Shown: positions 28,558-38,368, counted from the first letter of the stretch. The stretch: DNA of 64,000 nucleotides from an uncultured Myxococcales bacterium (GCA_964647025.1 CAZYFU010000010.1:10047-74046); one strand, 5' to 3'. Made by a program: numbers and translations. Notes: generated by a model not told the origin, from the letters alone.

Positions 28558-30426
28558 TCACCGCCGTCGGGCGGAACCATCTTCTTCTACCACTTCGGCG
28601 GCGCCTTCGAGGATGAGCTCCATCGTGCAGTTGCGCTCTCGGCAGTTGAACTGCAGTCGGAGTCGGCGGCCTTGGTCGTCGACGAGGTACCAGGGCTCGG
28701 CGGGCGGCACCTTGGGCTTGTGCTCGCGCGGGCATAGGCCGCGCTGGTACTTGAGGCAGTAGCGGCAGGTCATCAGGGTTCGCCCTTCGAGCCCGAGCCC
28801 GCTCTCGGCGGCGGGCTCGATATCGGTGACGCCATGGCGCCGATAGAACGCCTCGGCCTTGCCGTTGAGCACGTTACCCAGGAAGGAGAGTCGAGCTGTG
28901 GGGAACCTGGCGTCGTCGGACGGGGGGCGCCGTCTCGCCAGCGGTCGGGCCGATGCGCGCGCCTTGGCCAGCTCGGCCGCGAGCTCGCGCCGAAGGGCAT
29001 TCACCACGCTGGCCGCTAGGTGGAGGGGGCGCAGCCAGTCGAGCGAGATCGCGCGCGCGACGAATTCGGTCTCGCCGAGCTTGGCCAAGTGTTCTGTCGT
29101 GACGTGGCTCGCCTGGTCGGGTTTGTCGGCGACGAACTTCTCGCAACCCAGGGTGGCTCGCGCCCGTACGCCGTCCTCGTCTGTGCCGGTGAGCACGAGA
29201 CCGTCGTCGCTCTCCGCGAGCCGCAGCTCGATGGCGATCTTGCGCACGGGTTGGCTCTTGGCCACCTGGGCCGCGAACGCGTGGTCGTGGTTGCGGAACA
29301 CGCGCGTGCCAGGCGCCAGGTGCCCGAGTGTCTGCGGAAAGACCGTGCGTCCCTGTACGCGATTCACGAGCGAGCCTTCCAGGTCGAGAGCCCCGCCATA
29401 GAACGTGATGCCGTCGCCGCTGCGCAAGGGCGCGCTGCGATCGAGGACGAACGAGTCCCGGCTGAGCGCCGCGACTTTCCCGATGGGCTCACCCACGTGT
29501 TTGGGCGAATCGGGCGAGGCGACGTCTTCACCTCGACCACGCACGAAGTATGTGGTGTAGCCGCGATTGAAGGTTTTGTCGGGATTGGGCTCGAAGCCCA
29601 GATCGATGCCGCCCGACGATGCCTTTCGAAGGCCGGTGTCGGCGAGATGGCGGTCGAGCACCCGACGATAATGGCCGACGGTATTCATCACGTAGGCCTT
29701 GTTCTTGAGGCGGCCCTCGATCTTGAACGACGTCACGCCGGCTTCGAGCAGGTGTCCGACTTCGGCGGTCAGGTTCAGGTCGCGCAAGGACAACCAGTGC
29801 CGCTCGGGTGCGATCGCGCGGCCGCCGTCGTCGACGAGCCGGTAGCTACGCCGGCAGGGCTGTGCGCACTGACCGCGATTGCCGCTGCGGCCACCCAAGG
29901 CATAGCTGAGCGTGCATTGGCCGCTCATGCTCACGCAGAGGGCGCCGTGGACGAACGCTTCCAGCTCGATCGAGGTCGCGGCGCGGATCTCGCGGATTTG
30001 CTCCAGATCCAACTCGCGCGCCAGGATCGCCCGGGAGAACCCGACCGCCTCCAGGAAAGCCACACGTTCCGGCGTGTGGTTGTGCATCTGCGTGCTGGCG
30101 ATGAGTGGCAGGGGGGGCAGCTCGCACTCCAGGAGCCCCACGTCCTGAATGATGAGGCCGTCCACGCCAGCGGCGTGAAGTCCGTGGCAGAGCTTGACCG
30201 CGGCTTCGATCTCCGCGTCGCGCAGGAGGGTGTTGACCGCGGCGTAGACGCGCGCCCAGTAGCGGTGGGCGTGCTCGGCCAAGCGCTCGATGTCGGCCAA
30301 CGCGTTGCCCGCGGCCTCGCGCGCGCCGAATTGGCTGGCCCCGATGTACACGGCGTCGGCGCCGCAATTGATCGCGGCCATGCCGATCTCCAGGTCCTTG
30401 GCTGGCGCGAGAAGTTCGACGGTCAC
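28558..30426 (-). CDS. peptidase U32 family protein (collagenase-like / RlhA-like) with C-terminal extension
   Basis: MTVELLAPAKDLEIGMAAINCGADAVYIGASQFGAREAAGN N-terminal U32 signature plus the conserved E-x-F-x-x-G-[SA]-[LIVM]-C-x4-G-x-C motif (EAFVHGALCVSMSGQC). 622 aa. Confidence 0.85.
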   Translation of the reverse strand: MTVELLAPAKDLEIGMAAINCGADAVYIGASQFGAREAAGNALADIERLAEHAHRYWARVYAAVNTLLRDAEIEAAVKLCHGLHAAGVDGLIIQDVGLLECELPPLPLIASTQMHNHTPERVAFLEAVGFSRAILARELDLEQIREIRAATSIELEAFVHGALCVSMSGQCTLSYALGGRSGNRGQCAQPCRRSYRLVDDGGRAIAPERHWLSLRDLNLTAEVGHLLEAGVTSFKIEGRLKNKAYVMNTVGHYRRVLDRHLADTGLRKASSGGIDLGFEPNPDKTFNRGYTTYFVRGRGEDVASPDSPKHVGEPIGKVAALSRDSFVLDRSAPLRSGDGITFYGGALDLEGSLVNRVQGRTVFPQTLGHLAPGTRVFRNHDHAFAAQVAKSQPVRKIAIELRLAESDDGLVLTGTDEDGVRARATLGCEKFVADKPDQASHVTTEHLAKLGETEFVARAISLDWLRPLHLAASVVNALRRELAAELAKARASARPLARRRPPSDDARFPTARLSFLGNVLNGKAEAFYRRHGVTDIEPAAESGLGLEGRTLMTCRYCLKYQRGLCPREHKPKVPPAEPWYLVDDQGRRLRLQFNCRERNCTMELILEGAAEVVEEDGSARRR

Positions 30427-30586
30427 GTCTCTTTATGGATGGCAAGGGGGCCGCCGCGCAAGGAGCAAGGAGGTCGCAACGGCGAAAGCCCGCAGGGGCG
30501 TGCGTTGCGGCTTCTTCGCGGGGGCGACGGACATCGGGGACCGGGGCTCGCTGTAACCAGCGACGACGGGAGGTAATCGAACGTGT

Positions 30587-31009
30587 GTGGGGACGACGCG
30601 AGTTCACAGGCACATCAATGCGGCACCGAGCCGCGTCTACCACGCGCTCACGAACACGGATGCCGTCGCCCGCTGGATGGTTCCCGATGGGATGAGCCTT
30701 CGTATGCACGACTTTCGTCCCGAGGTTGGTGGTGGTTTGCGCGTGTCGCTGACCTACGACTCGCCCGACGCGGTCGGAAAGACCAGCCAACACACCGACA
30801 CCTACCATGGTCGTTTCGTGAGCTTGGATCCCGAGCGGAAGGTCGAGCAGGTCCTCGAATTCGAGACCTCCGACCTGGCCCTTCAGGGGAAGATGCGCCT
30901 GGTGTCTCGCTCGTCGATGCGGCGGGGGGAACAGACGTGTTCGTGCTGCACGACCGGTTGGCGAATGGCTTTGGCCAAGTTGGCGGCCTTGGTCGAGACC
31001 GACCCATAG
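30587..31009 (+). CDS. SRPBCC (AHSA1/START-like) domain protein
   Basis: RVYHALTNTDAVARWM ... GGGLRVSLTYDSPD ... GKMRLVSRS ... GWRMALAKLAALVE, matching the Aha1-like pattern (GW...L..L at the C-terminus). Confidence 0.7.
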   Translation: MGTTRVHRHINAAPSRVYHALTNTDAVARWMVPDGMSLRMHDFRPEVGGGLRVSLTYDSPDAVGKTSQHTDTYHGRFVSLDPERKVEQVLEFETSDLALQGKMRLVSRSSMRRGEQTCSCCTTGWRMALAKLAALVETDP

Positions 31010-31066
31010 GGCCGGGGCTCGTCGAAGTGTTGCCGACTTCTGCCATCGTGATAGCGTGCGCAAATC

Positions 31067-31297
31067 ATGGCGAAGTCACCCTGCCCAATCTCCAAGTCGC
31101 AGTTCCTCGAGAAGGCCGAGGCGGTCAAGATCACCATCGGCGCGAACGAGCTCATCGCGGACAAGCGAGAGTTCTCCACTGGTTCGTTCGGTTGGTACTA
31201 CAACGGCAAGACGACCATCATGGTCGACGGCAAGCCGCTGTCCGTGCAGATCGGCATGAACCTGACCGTGGTCGGAAGCAAAGAGGCGGATCGCTGA
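31067..31297 (+). CDS. small hypothetical protein (76 aa)
   Basis: Very strong GC3 coding bias, a clean ORF, and it sits in a 290-nt gap between annotated genes. No recognisable motif (…GSFGWYYNGKTTIMVDGKPLSVQIGMNLTVVGSK). Confidence 0.5.
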   Translation: MAKSPCPISKSQFLEKAEAVKITIGANELIADKREFSTGSFGWYYNGKTTIMVDGKPLSVQIGMNLTVVGSKEADR

Positions 31298-31358
31298 TTC
31301 GCACCCGGGAGCCGAGTCTCGACCCGGTTCCCGGCCCCTTCGTGCTCCGTCCGGCGGG

Positions 31359-32240
31359 CTAGCCCCCGGTTGGCACGACGAGTGCCATGGACAGGTATCC
31401 GGGACGGGCCTGTACCGCCACCGTGCCCGCGACCCGATTGGTTGCCGCGATGGTCGAGGTGACGACGACGGTGCCGGCCTTGATGTTGACGAATCCACCG
31501 GCGCCGGTGCCGTCGGTGGTAAGTGCGATACTCGACGGCAGGGAGTCCTGCAGCACGTAGCTGGTCGTCAGCTCGTCCACTTGCGGACTGGTGAGCATCA
31601 TCCCTGCCACGGGCTTGCCCCGACAGTCGAGGGCGGTGCTCATGACCACGGAGCGGTCAGGCGCCACATTCTGTCCACTGATCTGCGTGACCATGGTCCG
31701 GAAGAAGTTCGCCGGTACCATGGGAAGCTCGCTGGGCGCGCGCTGTTTGCGGGTATTCGGCGGGAAGAACATGGTCGGGTACACGCCGCCACCCTCGGTT
31801 TGGAAGTAGCCGTCGAAACCCACCGGCAACTCGACGACCAGTTGCCCGGCCTCGTTGCTTTGGAACTGGTTCAGCGGGAAATCGCAGTTGGCGTCGAGCT
31901 TCGCACACAGGGTGAGGCGCACGCCCGTTACCGGGTTCGTGCTCAGCAGGTCCGTCATGCTCATGGCCACCTGGACCGTCCCAGTTGGGACCTCGTCGAC
32001 CTCCGAGCGATCGAGGCAAGCCCAAGTGGGATCCGGCTGGCACATGGAATGGCTGCAGATGCTACCGGCGTAGGCAGGTCCGCGCGAGGTGCAGTCCCGG
32101 TCGGTCTTGCACTGTTCGCGATCGCTGTCGACGACGACGGTGCAAGCGGACAGGGCCGCGCCCGACGAAGCCAGGCACAAAGACAACAAGAGGCGGTATC
32201 GAATCATGGTGCACGCAGGGGCGAGAGGAGGTGTCGTCAT
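31359..32240 (-). CDS. hypothetical lipoprotein
   Basis: MIRYRLLLSLCLASSGAALSAC lipobox; the alternative start at the internal ATG 32207 gives a canonical signal peptide. Cys-rich N-terminal part (CKTDRDCTS...CSHSMCQPDPTWAC). Last gene of a three-gene minus-strand operon. Confidence 0.55.
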   Translation of the reverse strand: MTTPPLAPACTMIRYRLLLSLCLASSGAALSACTVVVDSDREQCKTDRDCTSRGPAYAGSICSHSMCQPDPTWACLDRSEVDEVPTGTVQVAMSMTDLLSTNPVTGVRLTLCAKLDANCDFPLNQFQSNEAGQLVVELPVGFDGYFQTEGGGVYPTMFFPPNTRKQRAPSELPMVPANFFRTMVTQISGQNVAPDRSVVMSTALDCRGKPVAGMMLTSPQVDELTTSYVLQDSLPSSIALTTDGTGAGGFVNIKAGTVVVTSTIAATNRVAGTVAVQARPGYLSMALVVPTGG

Positions 32241-32252
32241 GGTTGTGTCGAT

Positions 32253-33215
32253 CTACCAGCGGCCGTGCAGAGACATGCCGCCCAGGGTCGGTGCCAGGGC
32301 TACTTTGCTGGGGGCCTTCTTCGAGCTGCTTTCCGTGATGAGGAGATACAGCGCCACACCTCCGGAGACCAGCGTGGCAGCACCGAATGCGTCGGTGAGG
32401 TACGCGTAGGTCTTCATCTTGGAGCGCGCGTCATCAACGTTGGCCTTGGTGTTCGGAATCTTGTCGAGCTCACCGTTGAAGTCGTCCTTGGCCTGCAACG
32501 CCAGGACGCCGAAGACGCCGGCAGCGACCGCGCACCCACCCGCGACCAGGGCACTGGTGGCCAGGGCTACTCTCGACGGTGGCTTGGTCAGATCGCGCTG
32601 CGCTAGACCGCCCGCGAGCGCATCGTCGTACTGAGACAGGACTGGCTCGGCGATGTCGATGGTCACCGTGGACTTTTCCTTTCCGACCACGGTAATCATG
32701 CGAGTTGCCACGGCGTAGCCGGACTTCACGGCAGAAATGCGTCGGGGCCCGGCGTTCACCTCGACCGCAGATGGAAGCGGGGACGTGCCCACGGACATGT
32801 CGTCGACGCGGATGTCCGCTCCCTCGACGTTGCACACCACTTCGATGTAGGCGATACGTTCTTCGAGCTTCTGCGACAGATCGTTCACCTCGGCCCGACG
32901 AGCCGCGGAGATCTCGGCTCCGCCCTCTTGCATGTACTGCTTCAAGCTCTTCGATGAGCTCACGTAGTCGTGCAGGTCGAAGTAGGTCTGAGCGATGTTG
33001 TAAAGCAGTCGGTAGTTCGGCGTCAGGTCATACGCCTTGCGGAACTCGGCCAGCGCCGCTTCGAAGCTGCCTTCATTGTAGAGTTGGACGGCGTGGTGGA
33101 AGCTCGCACGTGCCTTCTCGGTTGCGTTCGAATTGTCGGCTGGGTTCGCGGCCATCGCAGAGGCCGAGAGAAAGAACAGCAAACCAGCTACCAGTGTTGA
33201 GGCGTTCCGTTTCAT
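32253..33215 (-). CDS. exported TPR-like repeat protein with C-terminal membrane-spanning segment
   Basis: Signal peptide MKRNASTLVAGLLFFLSASAMA. TPR-like ...FEAALAEFRKAYDLTPNYRLLYNIAQTYFDLHDY. C-terminal hydrophobic helices. Its start overlaps the upstream gene's stop by 4 nt. Confidence 0.55.
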   Translation of the reverse strand: MKRNASTLVAGLLFFLSASAMAANPADNSNATEKARASFHHAVQLYNEGSFEAALAEFRKAYDLTPNYRLLYNIAQTYFDLHDYVSSSKSLKQYMQEGGAEISAARRAEVNDLSQKLEERIAYIEVVCNVEGADIRVDDMSVGTSPLPSAVEVNAGPRRISAVKSGYAVATRMITVVGKEKSTVTIDIAEPVLSQYDDALAGGLAQRDLTKPPSRVALATSALVAGGCAVAAGVFGVLALQAKDDFNGELDKIPNTKANVDDARSKMKTYAYLTDAFGAATLVSGGVALYLLITESSSKKAPSKVALAPTLGGMSLHGRW

Positions 33216-34066
33216 GGCACGTAGGGATCCGTTTCGTCGATTCTCTTGGTTGGTCGGCGGATGGCTGGGCGCTGCAAGGTCATGCCGAAGTCTTCGACGG
33301 GAGCCACAGCGGCAGGTGCCGGCTTCGGGTCGGTCTTCACTTCTTTCACTTCGGGTTTCGTCTCTTTGGGCGCGGCCGTCGGCGAGTACGTCTTCGTGCG
33401 AGGTTGGGCCGTCGGTGCTTCGACCTTTTCGAGCTTGATGTCGAGGTAGATGTCGTTGGCGTAGGTGATGACCTTCCTGAACGGGGCGTAGCCAGGCGCC
33501 CTGGCCTGCACCACGTGAGGGGTCTTCGCTTTCGGGACGTCCATCTTGATGGCGTTCCCGCCAGCGAGGCGGTTGTCGAGCAGCAACGAAGCCTCGGCGG
33601 GTTGCACGGTGATCTCGATGCGCCGCTTGCCTGGCGCTGGCGGTTCAGGCCGGGGAGCGGCGACGCTGGGCGCGGGCTCTTCGGCTGCCGAGGTCGGCAT
33701 TTCTTGCGGGGCTGCGGGCTTCGCGACTGGCAAGGTGCTCACGGCCGGGGCCGGAGGTGGAAGCGGGCGCTTGCCCTTTCCGCGTGGGAAGAACACGAAA
33801 AGCCCGGCAACGATAGCGACGGCGACCGCGCCCGCGACCACGAATCCCCGGCCGGTCATGAGCGCTCGGGCACGACTTGGCTTCGGCGGCGAGCTCGGGG
33901 CCACCGGAGGGGGAGCAGGCGGAGGAACTACGCTTGGTGGATTCACGGCCTTCGGATCCGTCAGGGGCGGCGGAGTTGCGGGCAACGAATTCAGCTCCTG
34001 CCAAGCCAATCCCGATCGTTTTGTCGGCTTGGCTACGGGTGGAGGCGGGGTCGGAGGCGTAGGCAT
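33212..34066 (-). CDS. Pro-rich membrane protein with PEGA domain
   Basis: Pro-rich N-terminus, TM helix GFVVAGAVAVAIVAGLFVFF, and a PEGA-like domain (IEITVQPAEASLLLDNRLAGGN...APGYAPFRKVITYANDIYLDIKL). Confidence 0.6.
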   Translation of the reverse strand: MPTPPTPPPPVAKPTKRSGLAWQELNSLPATPPPLTDPKAVNPPSVVPPPAPPPVAPSSPPKPSRARALMTGRGFVVAGAVAVAIVAGLFVFFPRGKGKRPLPPPAPAVSTLPVAKPAAPQEMPTSAAEEPAPSVAAPRPEPPAPGKRRIEITVQPAEASLLLDNRLAGGNAIKMDVPKAKTPHVVQARAPGYAPFRKVITYANDIYLDIKLEKVEAPTAQPRTKTYSPTAAPKETKPEVKEVKTDPKPAPAAVAPVEDFGMTLQRPAIRRPTKRIDETDPYVP

Positions 34067-34254
34067 GATCGTTTAGTCGCTAGGGCTGCAGCGGCAACGT
34101 GCCGCTGCTGAAGCCGTACAGGGTAGTACAAATGCGCTTTGATTTCGAGCCCGTACGAAGATCCCAGGTGTAGCGCGCGTGGCCCGTCGCGTCGCCTGGA
34201 TCGATCGCATAGCGAAAACAGTGAGCTTTCGCGGGAGTAGGTCCGAAACCGTGG

Positions 34255-36753
34255 TCAACCTTTCTTCTTGGCCCCCCTTTTCGACGAGCCCCTCGCGTCC
34301 GCCTTCACCTCGTCCATCGTGGTTCGCAGGTTTCCACCGGTGTCGTTTGCCCTGACCCCTTCAGGACGCTCCCAAGGGATGTCCTTGAGCGATTGGCCGG
34401 CGGTGACTTCGTAGAGGTACCGCGCGGTCATCGGAACCGTGAGCATGAAGGCAGCGTCCTTGTAGCCAAGCGGTCGCTCGCGGCGATCGTCGCCGATCCA
34501 GGCGGTCGTCATCCAGCGCGAGGTGTAGCCCACGAACCAGGTGTCCATGGTCGCGCTCGATGTGCCTGTCTTGCCGCCGACGAAGAGCCCCGAGCTCCGG
34601 AGCGACGGCGCGTGGCCGCGCGTGACCACGTGGCGGAGCAACTGGGACGTCAGCCAAGCCGTACGCGGCGGTATCACGTCCTTGATGCGCTTGCCAGCCA
34701 ACGCCACCATGCGATCGAGCCTCTCGTCGGGAGAGGCCATGGGATCGGAAGCGGCGCTGTTGTCTTCCAGGAGCTTGCCCGAGCGATCGCGGACGCGCCG
34801 AACGTAGACCGGATCGGACAACGAACCGTTGCGGGCGAACGCAGAGAAGGCGCGGGTCAGCTCATCGATGCGTGTGCAGGACGCCCCGAGGGCCAGGGCC
34901 TGGTCCGGAATGATCGGCGTCGTCATGCCCAGCCTGCGCGCCCAAGCCTCCACATCTTTGCCCCCCACCAGCTTGAATAGCTGCACCGACGGCACGTTCT
35001 TCGACCACACCAGGGCGTACTCCAGGTTCACCTGGTACTCGACGGTGTTGTTCAGATTCTGCGGCACCCAGACTTCGCCGGTGATGGGATCGACCTCCGC
35101 GCGCGGCGTGTCGTTGAGCAGGGAGGCGAACCCGTACCCGCGGTCCAGCGCGAGCGAGTAGTAGATCGGTTTGTAGGTCGAGCCTGGCTGTCGGCAGGCC
35201 TGGACCACGCGGTTGAACTCCGAGCGATCGAAGTCGTGGCCGCCCGCCATCGCGACCACGTAGCCAGTGCGATGATCGTACGAGAACAGCGAGCCCTGCA
35301 CACGCGGCGTCTGCTCGAGGCGAAGCGTGACGTTGCTGCCGGGCGCCGGACGATCGGCATAGGCCGCCATCCACTGAACCTCGCCTGCGCCGTCGTAGGT
35401 CCAGTCCGAGAAGCGCCGGAGCGTCGAGCGGTGCATGGGCGTCACCCAGACCACGTCGCCCGCGTGCAGAACGCCACCCGTGCCGGTGAGCGTCTTGCCA
35501 TTGGTGGAGTCCACCACGCTGTACGGGAAGGCCCAGTCCATTCCCGCCGAGGGCAGGGGATAGGTCTTCTCGCCGACGCGGACCCAAGCCTTCCCGCCCG
35601 TCACGCTCTCCACGAGCCCGAGATACAGCTGACCCTCCGCCGGCGGCGTCGCGCCGTAGCGTGCGGCTGCTCGACGACGGAACTCCTCCAACATGCTGCC
35701 GCCCAGGTGGGCGACCGGGCCGCGCCAGCCTTGGCGCTTGTCCAGCTTGCGGAGCGAGAAGTCGACGTTCTCTTGCGCGGCCCCGTCGATCCACGGCACG
35801 AGGGTGGTCTCGATGTCGAGCCCCCCTTCCCACAGCGCCTTCTCACCGTAGCGTTTCGCGATGTCCCGGCGAACGTGCTCGGTGAAGTAGGGCGAGCGCT
35901 CGCGGAAGATGTCGGGCGGTTGGCGTACGGCGATCGGACGAGCGCGCAGGTTGTTGGCGGTGGGCTCGTCGATCACCCCGGCGGTGGCCATGGCGGTCAG
36001 CACCTGGTCGCGTCGCACGCGAGTCACCTCGGGCGCCATCAGGGGCGAATACCGCGAGGGCGCCTGCGCGATGCCTGCGATGGTCGCCATCTCGGCCAAG
36101 TCGAGCTCGCTGACCTGCTTGTTGAAGTAGCGCCGCGCGGCGGCAGCCACGCCGTAGGACTGGTGTCCGAGGAAGATCTGATTCAGGTACAGAGCGAGGA
36201 TCTGATCCTTCTCGTACCGTGCCTCGAGGCGACGCGCGAGGATGGCTTCACGGATCTTCCGCTGCATCGTCTGCTCCGACGAGCGCAGGAACGAGCGCGC
36301 CACCTGCTGCGTGATGGTCGAGCCCCCTTGCACGACGTGGCCTGCCCGCAGATTGGCAACCAACGCGCGAAGCATTCCGCGGTAGTCGAGGCCGCCGTGC
36401 TCGTAGAAGCGGCGATCCTCGATGGCGACGAAGGCTTGCAGGAGCTTTTTCGGGAAAGCCTCGAGCGGGAGGATCTCTCGCCGCTCGCTGGCCAGCTCGG
36501 CCAAGTCGGTGCCGTCCCAGGCGTGCACCCGGGTGGATGCGGCGGCCTCGAGGCGGTAGCGGTCGAAGTCGGGCAGTGCGGGCAGGGTGCTGGCGAAGTG
36601 CGCGTAAAGGCCGATGCCGAACAGGATGGTGAGTCCGACCAGGCACAAGGCCGCGAACGCATAGAATTTGAACAGCCAGAACCAGAACCCGCCGTCGGAG
36701 GGATTGGTGATTTCGACGCCGTCTGCTTCTGGCGAGTTGGATCGCCAAGACAC
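34255..36753 (-). CDS. penicillin-binding protein 1A (class A bifunctional transglycosylase/transpeptidase)
   Basis: N-terminal TM anchor, GT51 motifs (FVAIEDRRFYEHGGLDYRGMLRA...GGSTITQQVARSF), and a transpeptidase domain with the SxxK-type active site (QPGSTYKP) and KTGT (GKTGTSS). 832 aa. Confidence 0.9.
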   Translation of the reverse strand: MSWRSNSPEADGVEITNPSDGGFWFWLFKFYAFAALCLVGLTILFGIGLYAHFASTLPALPDFDRYRLEAAASTRVHAWDGTDLAELASERREILPLEAFPKKLLQAFVAIEDRRFYEHGGLDYRGMLRALVANLRAGHVVQGGSTITQQVARSFLRSSEQTMQRKIREAILARRLEARYEKDQILALYLNQIFLGHQSYGVAAAARRYFNKQVSELDLAEMATIAGIAQAPSRYSPLMAPEVTRVRRDQVLTAMATAGVIDEPTANNLRARPIAVRQPPDIFRERSPYFTEHVRRDIAKRYGEKALWEGGLDIETTLVPWIDGAAQENVDFSLRKLDKRQGWRGPVAHLGGSMLEEFRRRAAARYGATPPAEGQLYLGLVESVTGGKAWVRVGEKTYPLPSAGMDWAFPYSVVDSTNGKTLTGTGGVLHAGDVVWVTPMHRSTLRRFSDWTYDGAGEVQWMAAYADRPAPGSNVTLRLEQTPRVQGSLFSYDHRTGYVVAMAGGHDFDRSEFNRVVQACRQPGSTYKPIYYSLALDRGYGFASLLNDTPRAEVDPITGEVWVPQNLNNTVEYQVNLEYALVWSKNVPSVQLFKLVGGKDVEAWARRLGMTTPIIPDQALALGASCTRIDELTRAFSAFARNGSLSDPVYVRRVRDRSGKLLEDNSAASDPMASPDERLDRMVALAGKRIKDVIPPRTAWLTSQLLRHVVTRGHAPSLRSSGLFVGGKTGTSSATMDTWFVGYTSRWMTTAWIGDDRRERPLGYKDAAFMLTVPMTARYLYEVTAGQSLKDIPWERPEGVRANDTGGNLRTTMDEVKADARGSSKRGAKKKG

Positions 36754-36861
36754 GGACGGAATCTAGCAGACGGGACGCGCCCGATTAAGCAAAAGGCCCC
36801 AAGGCGGCCCCGGCATCTCCTGCGGGCTGGCTAAAACCGCCAGCTCGCGCGACGGACCGAT

Positions 36862-38103
36862 TCAGTAGATGGCGACGCCGAAGGTGAAGCTCTGCGCGCC
36901 TTGCCACGCCTGGTCGGCGAGTCCGACCTTGGCCGACGTATAGTCGAAGCGCGCCGTCAAGGCCAGGCGGGTGGTGAGCGATAGCTCGAGCATGGCACCG
37001 CCGCCGAACGCGGGGCCATTGCGCGAGCCGGCCAGGTCGTGGTTGGCATACATCACGCCCGCGTGGCCGAAGCCGCCGAGATGCAGTCGCCACACGCTGA
37101 GCGGAAAGAACTGCGCCTCCAGCGACAGGTTGTGGCGCGAGAAGGAGTTGCCGTCGACGTCTTGGCCCCCCGCGGGCGACCAATTGGCCAGGATGCCGAC
37201 CATGGAGTGCGGGAAGTAGCCAAACTGGATGTCGCCGGCCACGCCGTCCGCGTTCAAGCTGGCGTGCGTCGAGTGCAGGATGCCGAGGTTCATCTTCCAC
37301 GCGAAGCCCTGTCGATTGAGCGGCGCGCGTCCGAGCCGCACCAAGCCCCAGCCTTCGTCGTCCATGACCTTGGCTTCCGTGCTGGATTCGACGTCGGCTT
37401 GCGTGAGCTGCGCCAACGGCACCTCGCGCTGTTGTCCGGCAGGGTCCTTCAAGTGGACGCTCTGCCATGGGTACATGGCCACGGTCCCGTCGTAGCGCAC
37501 GCCCTCCGTGGCGATCATTCCCACCGTCGCAGCGAGCGCGACGACGACCAGCATGACCACGAGCTCGTCGTGCCCGCTGCCGCCTCCTCCGGTCTTGCGG
37601 CCACGGTTCGCCGTGGGCGCCGGTTTCGGTGGCGAGAGCGGTCGGCTGGGCATCCCGACGCCCGGACCGCGTGGGCCGGGAACAGTGCGGCCCAGGTGCG
37701 CCACCCCCGGCAGCGGCGGGACGAGCGGCGGAACCAAAGGAGGCGGGAACGGTGCGACCATCACGCCCACGCCGACATGCGGTCCGCTCTCGACGTACGC
37801 GTCGGGCTGCGGCTCTTGTGGTGGATACCCATCCTGCGCGTACGGCTGCGCCTGCGGTGCGGGCTGGGTCGTATCGATGGCGTCGGCGCGGCGCTCGCCG
37901 AGCTGTTGCACCACGCGCACGCTCTGCCCCCGCTGTTCGGGGGGCAACGACGCCAGACGCGCGAGCTCCGACTTGGGGATCACGTACTCGTTCGAGAGGC
38001 ATCCGCCGCACGCGTAGGACAGGAACGCAGCGAACGCAATCAAGGCGGTCGTGGTGTGGCGGACACTGTTCGTCGAGTGTCGAGAAGGAGCTGGCATGCG
38101 CAT
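36862..38103 (-). CDS. hypothetical exported protein with Pro-rich N-region and beta-barrel-like C-terminal domain (possible outer-membrane protein)
   Basis: ATG at 38103 (MRMPAPS...TALIAFAAFLSYACGGC). Pro/Gln-rich stretch. C-terminal alternating hydrophobic pattern ending ...QSFTFGVAIY (aromatic terminal residue, typical of OMP barrels). The upstream 89 codons of the ORF are Arg-rich junk. Confidence 0.5.
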   Translation of the reverse strand: MRMPAPSRHSTNSVRHTTTALIAFAAFLSYACGGCLSNEYVIPKSELARLASLPPEQRGQSVRVVQQLGERRADAIDTTQPAPQAQPYAQDGYPPQEPQPDAYVESGPHVGVGVMVAPFPPPLVPPLVPPLPGVAHLGRTVPGPRGPGVGMPSRPLSPPKPAPTANRGRKTGGGGSGHDELVVMLVVVALAATVGMIATEGVRYDGTVAMYPWQSVHLKDPAGQQREVPLAQLTQADVESSTEAKVMDDEGWGLVRLGRAPLNRQGFAWKMNLGILHSTHASLNADGVAGDIQFGYFPHSMVGILANWSPAGGQDVDGNSFSRHNLSLEAQFFPLSVWRLHLGGFGHAGVMYANHDLAGSRNGPAFGGGAMLELSLTTRLALTARFDYTSAKVGLADQAWQGAQSFTFGVAIY

Positions 38104-38368
38104 GGCGCCCGACGGTAGCAGCTTTTGTGCCGGCCGTGCAGCGGGGACTCGCCCGCTGTTTCTGCCGACTTGTGCGCGTCGGCGCAGCGGTGGGCCGTCG
38201 GACTGTGGTGTGAAAGCCACGGTGGACCGTCGCGCATCGGCTCGCCTGCGTGCAGTTCTCCTCGACGGTGAGTCCGCGGTTGGCAGCTGGTTTCGTTCCG
38301 CCCGATTCTTGCGGCTCTGGCTGAACGAACGTATAGTGAGGCTGAGACGAATTCCATCGGAGGGAACC

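Noticed and set aside
30880-30965. Possible double frameshift in the SRPBCC gene around a G6 run (the alternative frame reads GGTDVFVLHDRL, resembling the Aha1-like GGT..L.H motif)
   Set aside because: The single annotated frame on its own aligns in length and pattern with Aha1-like C-termini (GKMRLVS … about 20 aa … GWRMALAKLAALVE). The alternative-frame match is most likely coincidental, so no frameshift is needed.
36785-38011. 408-aa minus-strand ORF overlapping the OMP-like gene in another frame
   Set aside because: It has an Arg/Ala/Gly-rich junk translation and overlaps a frame with a signal peptide and a C-terminal barrel-type ending. The 36862..38103 frame is preferred.
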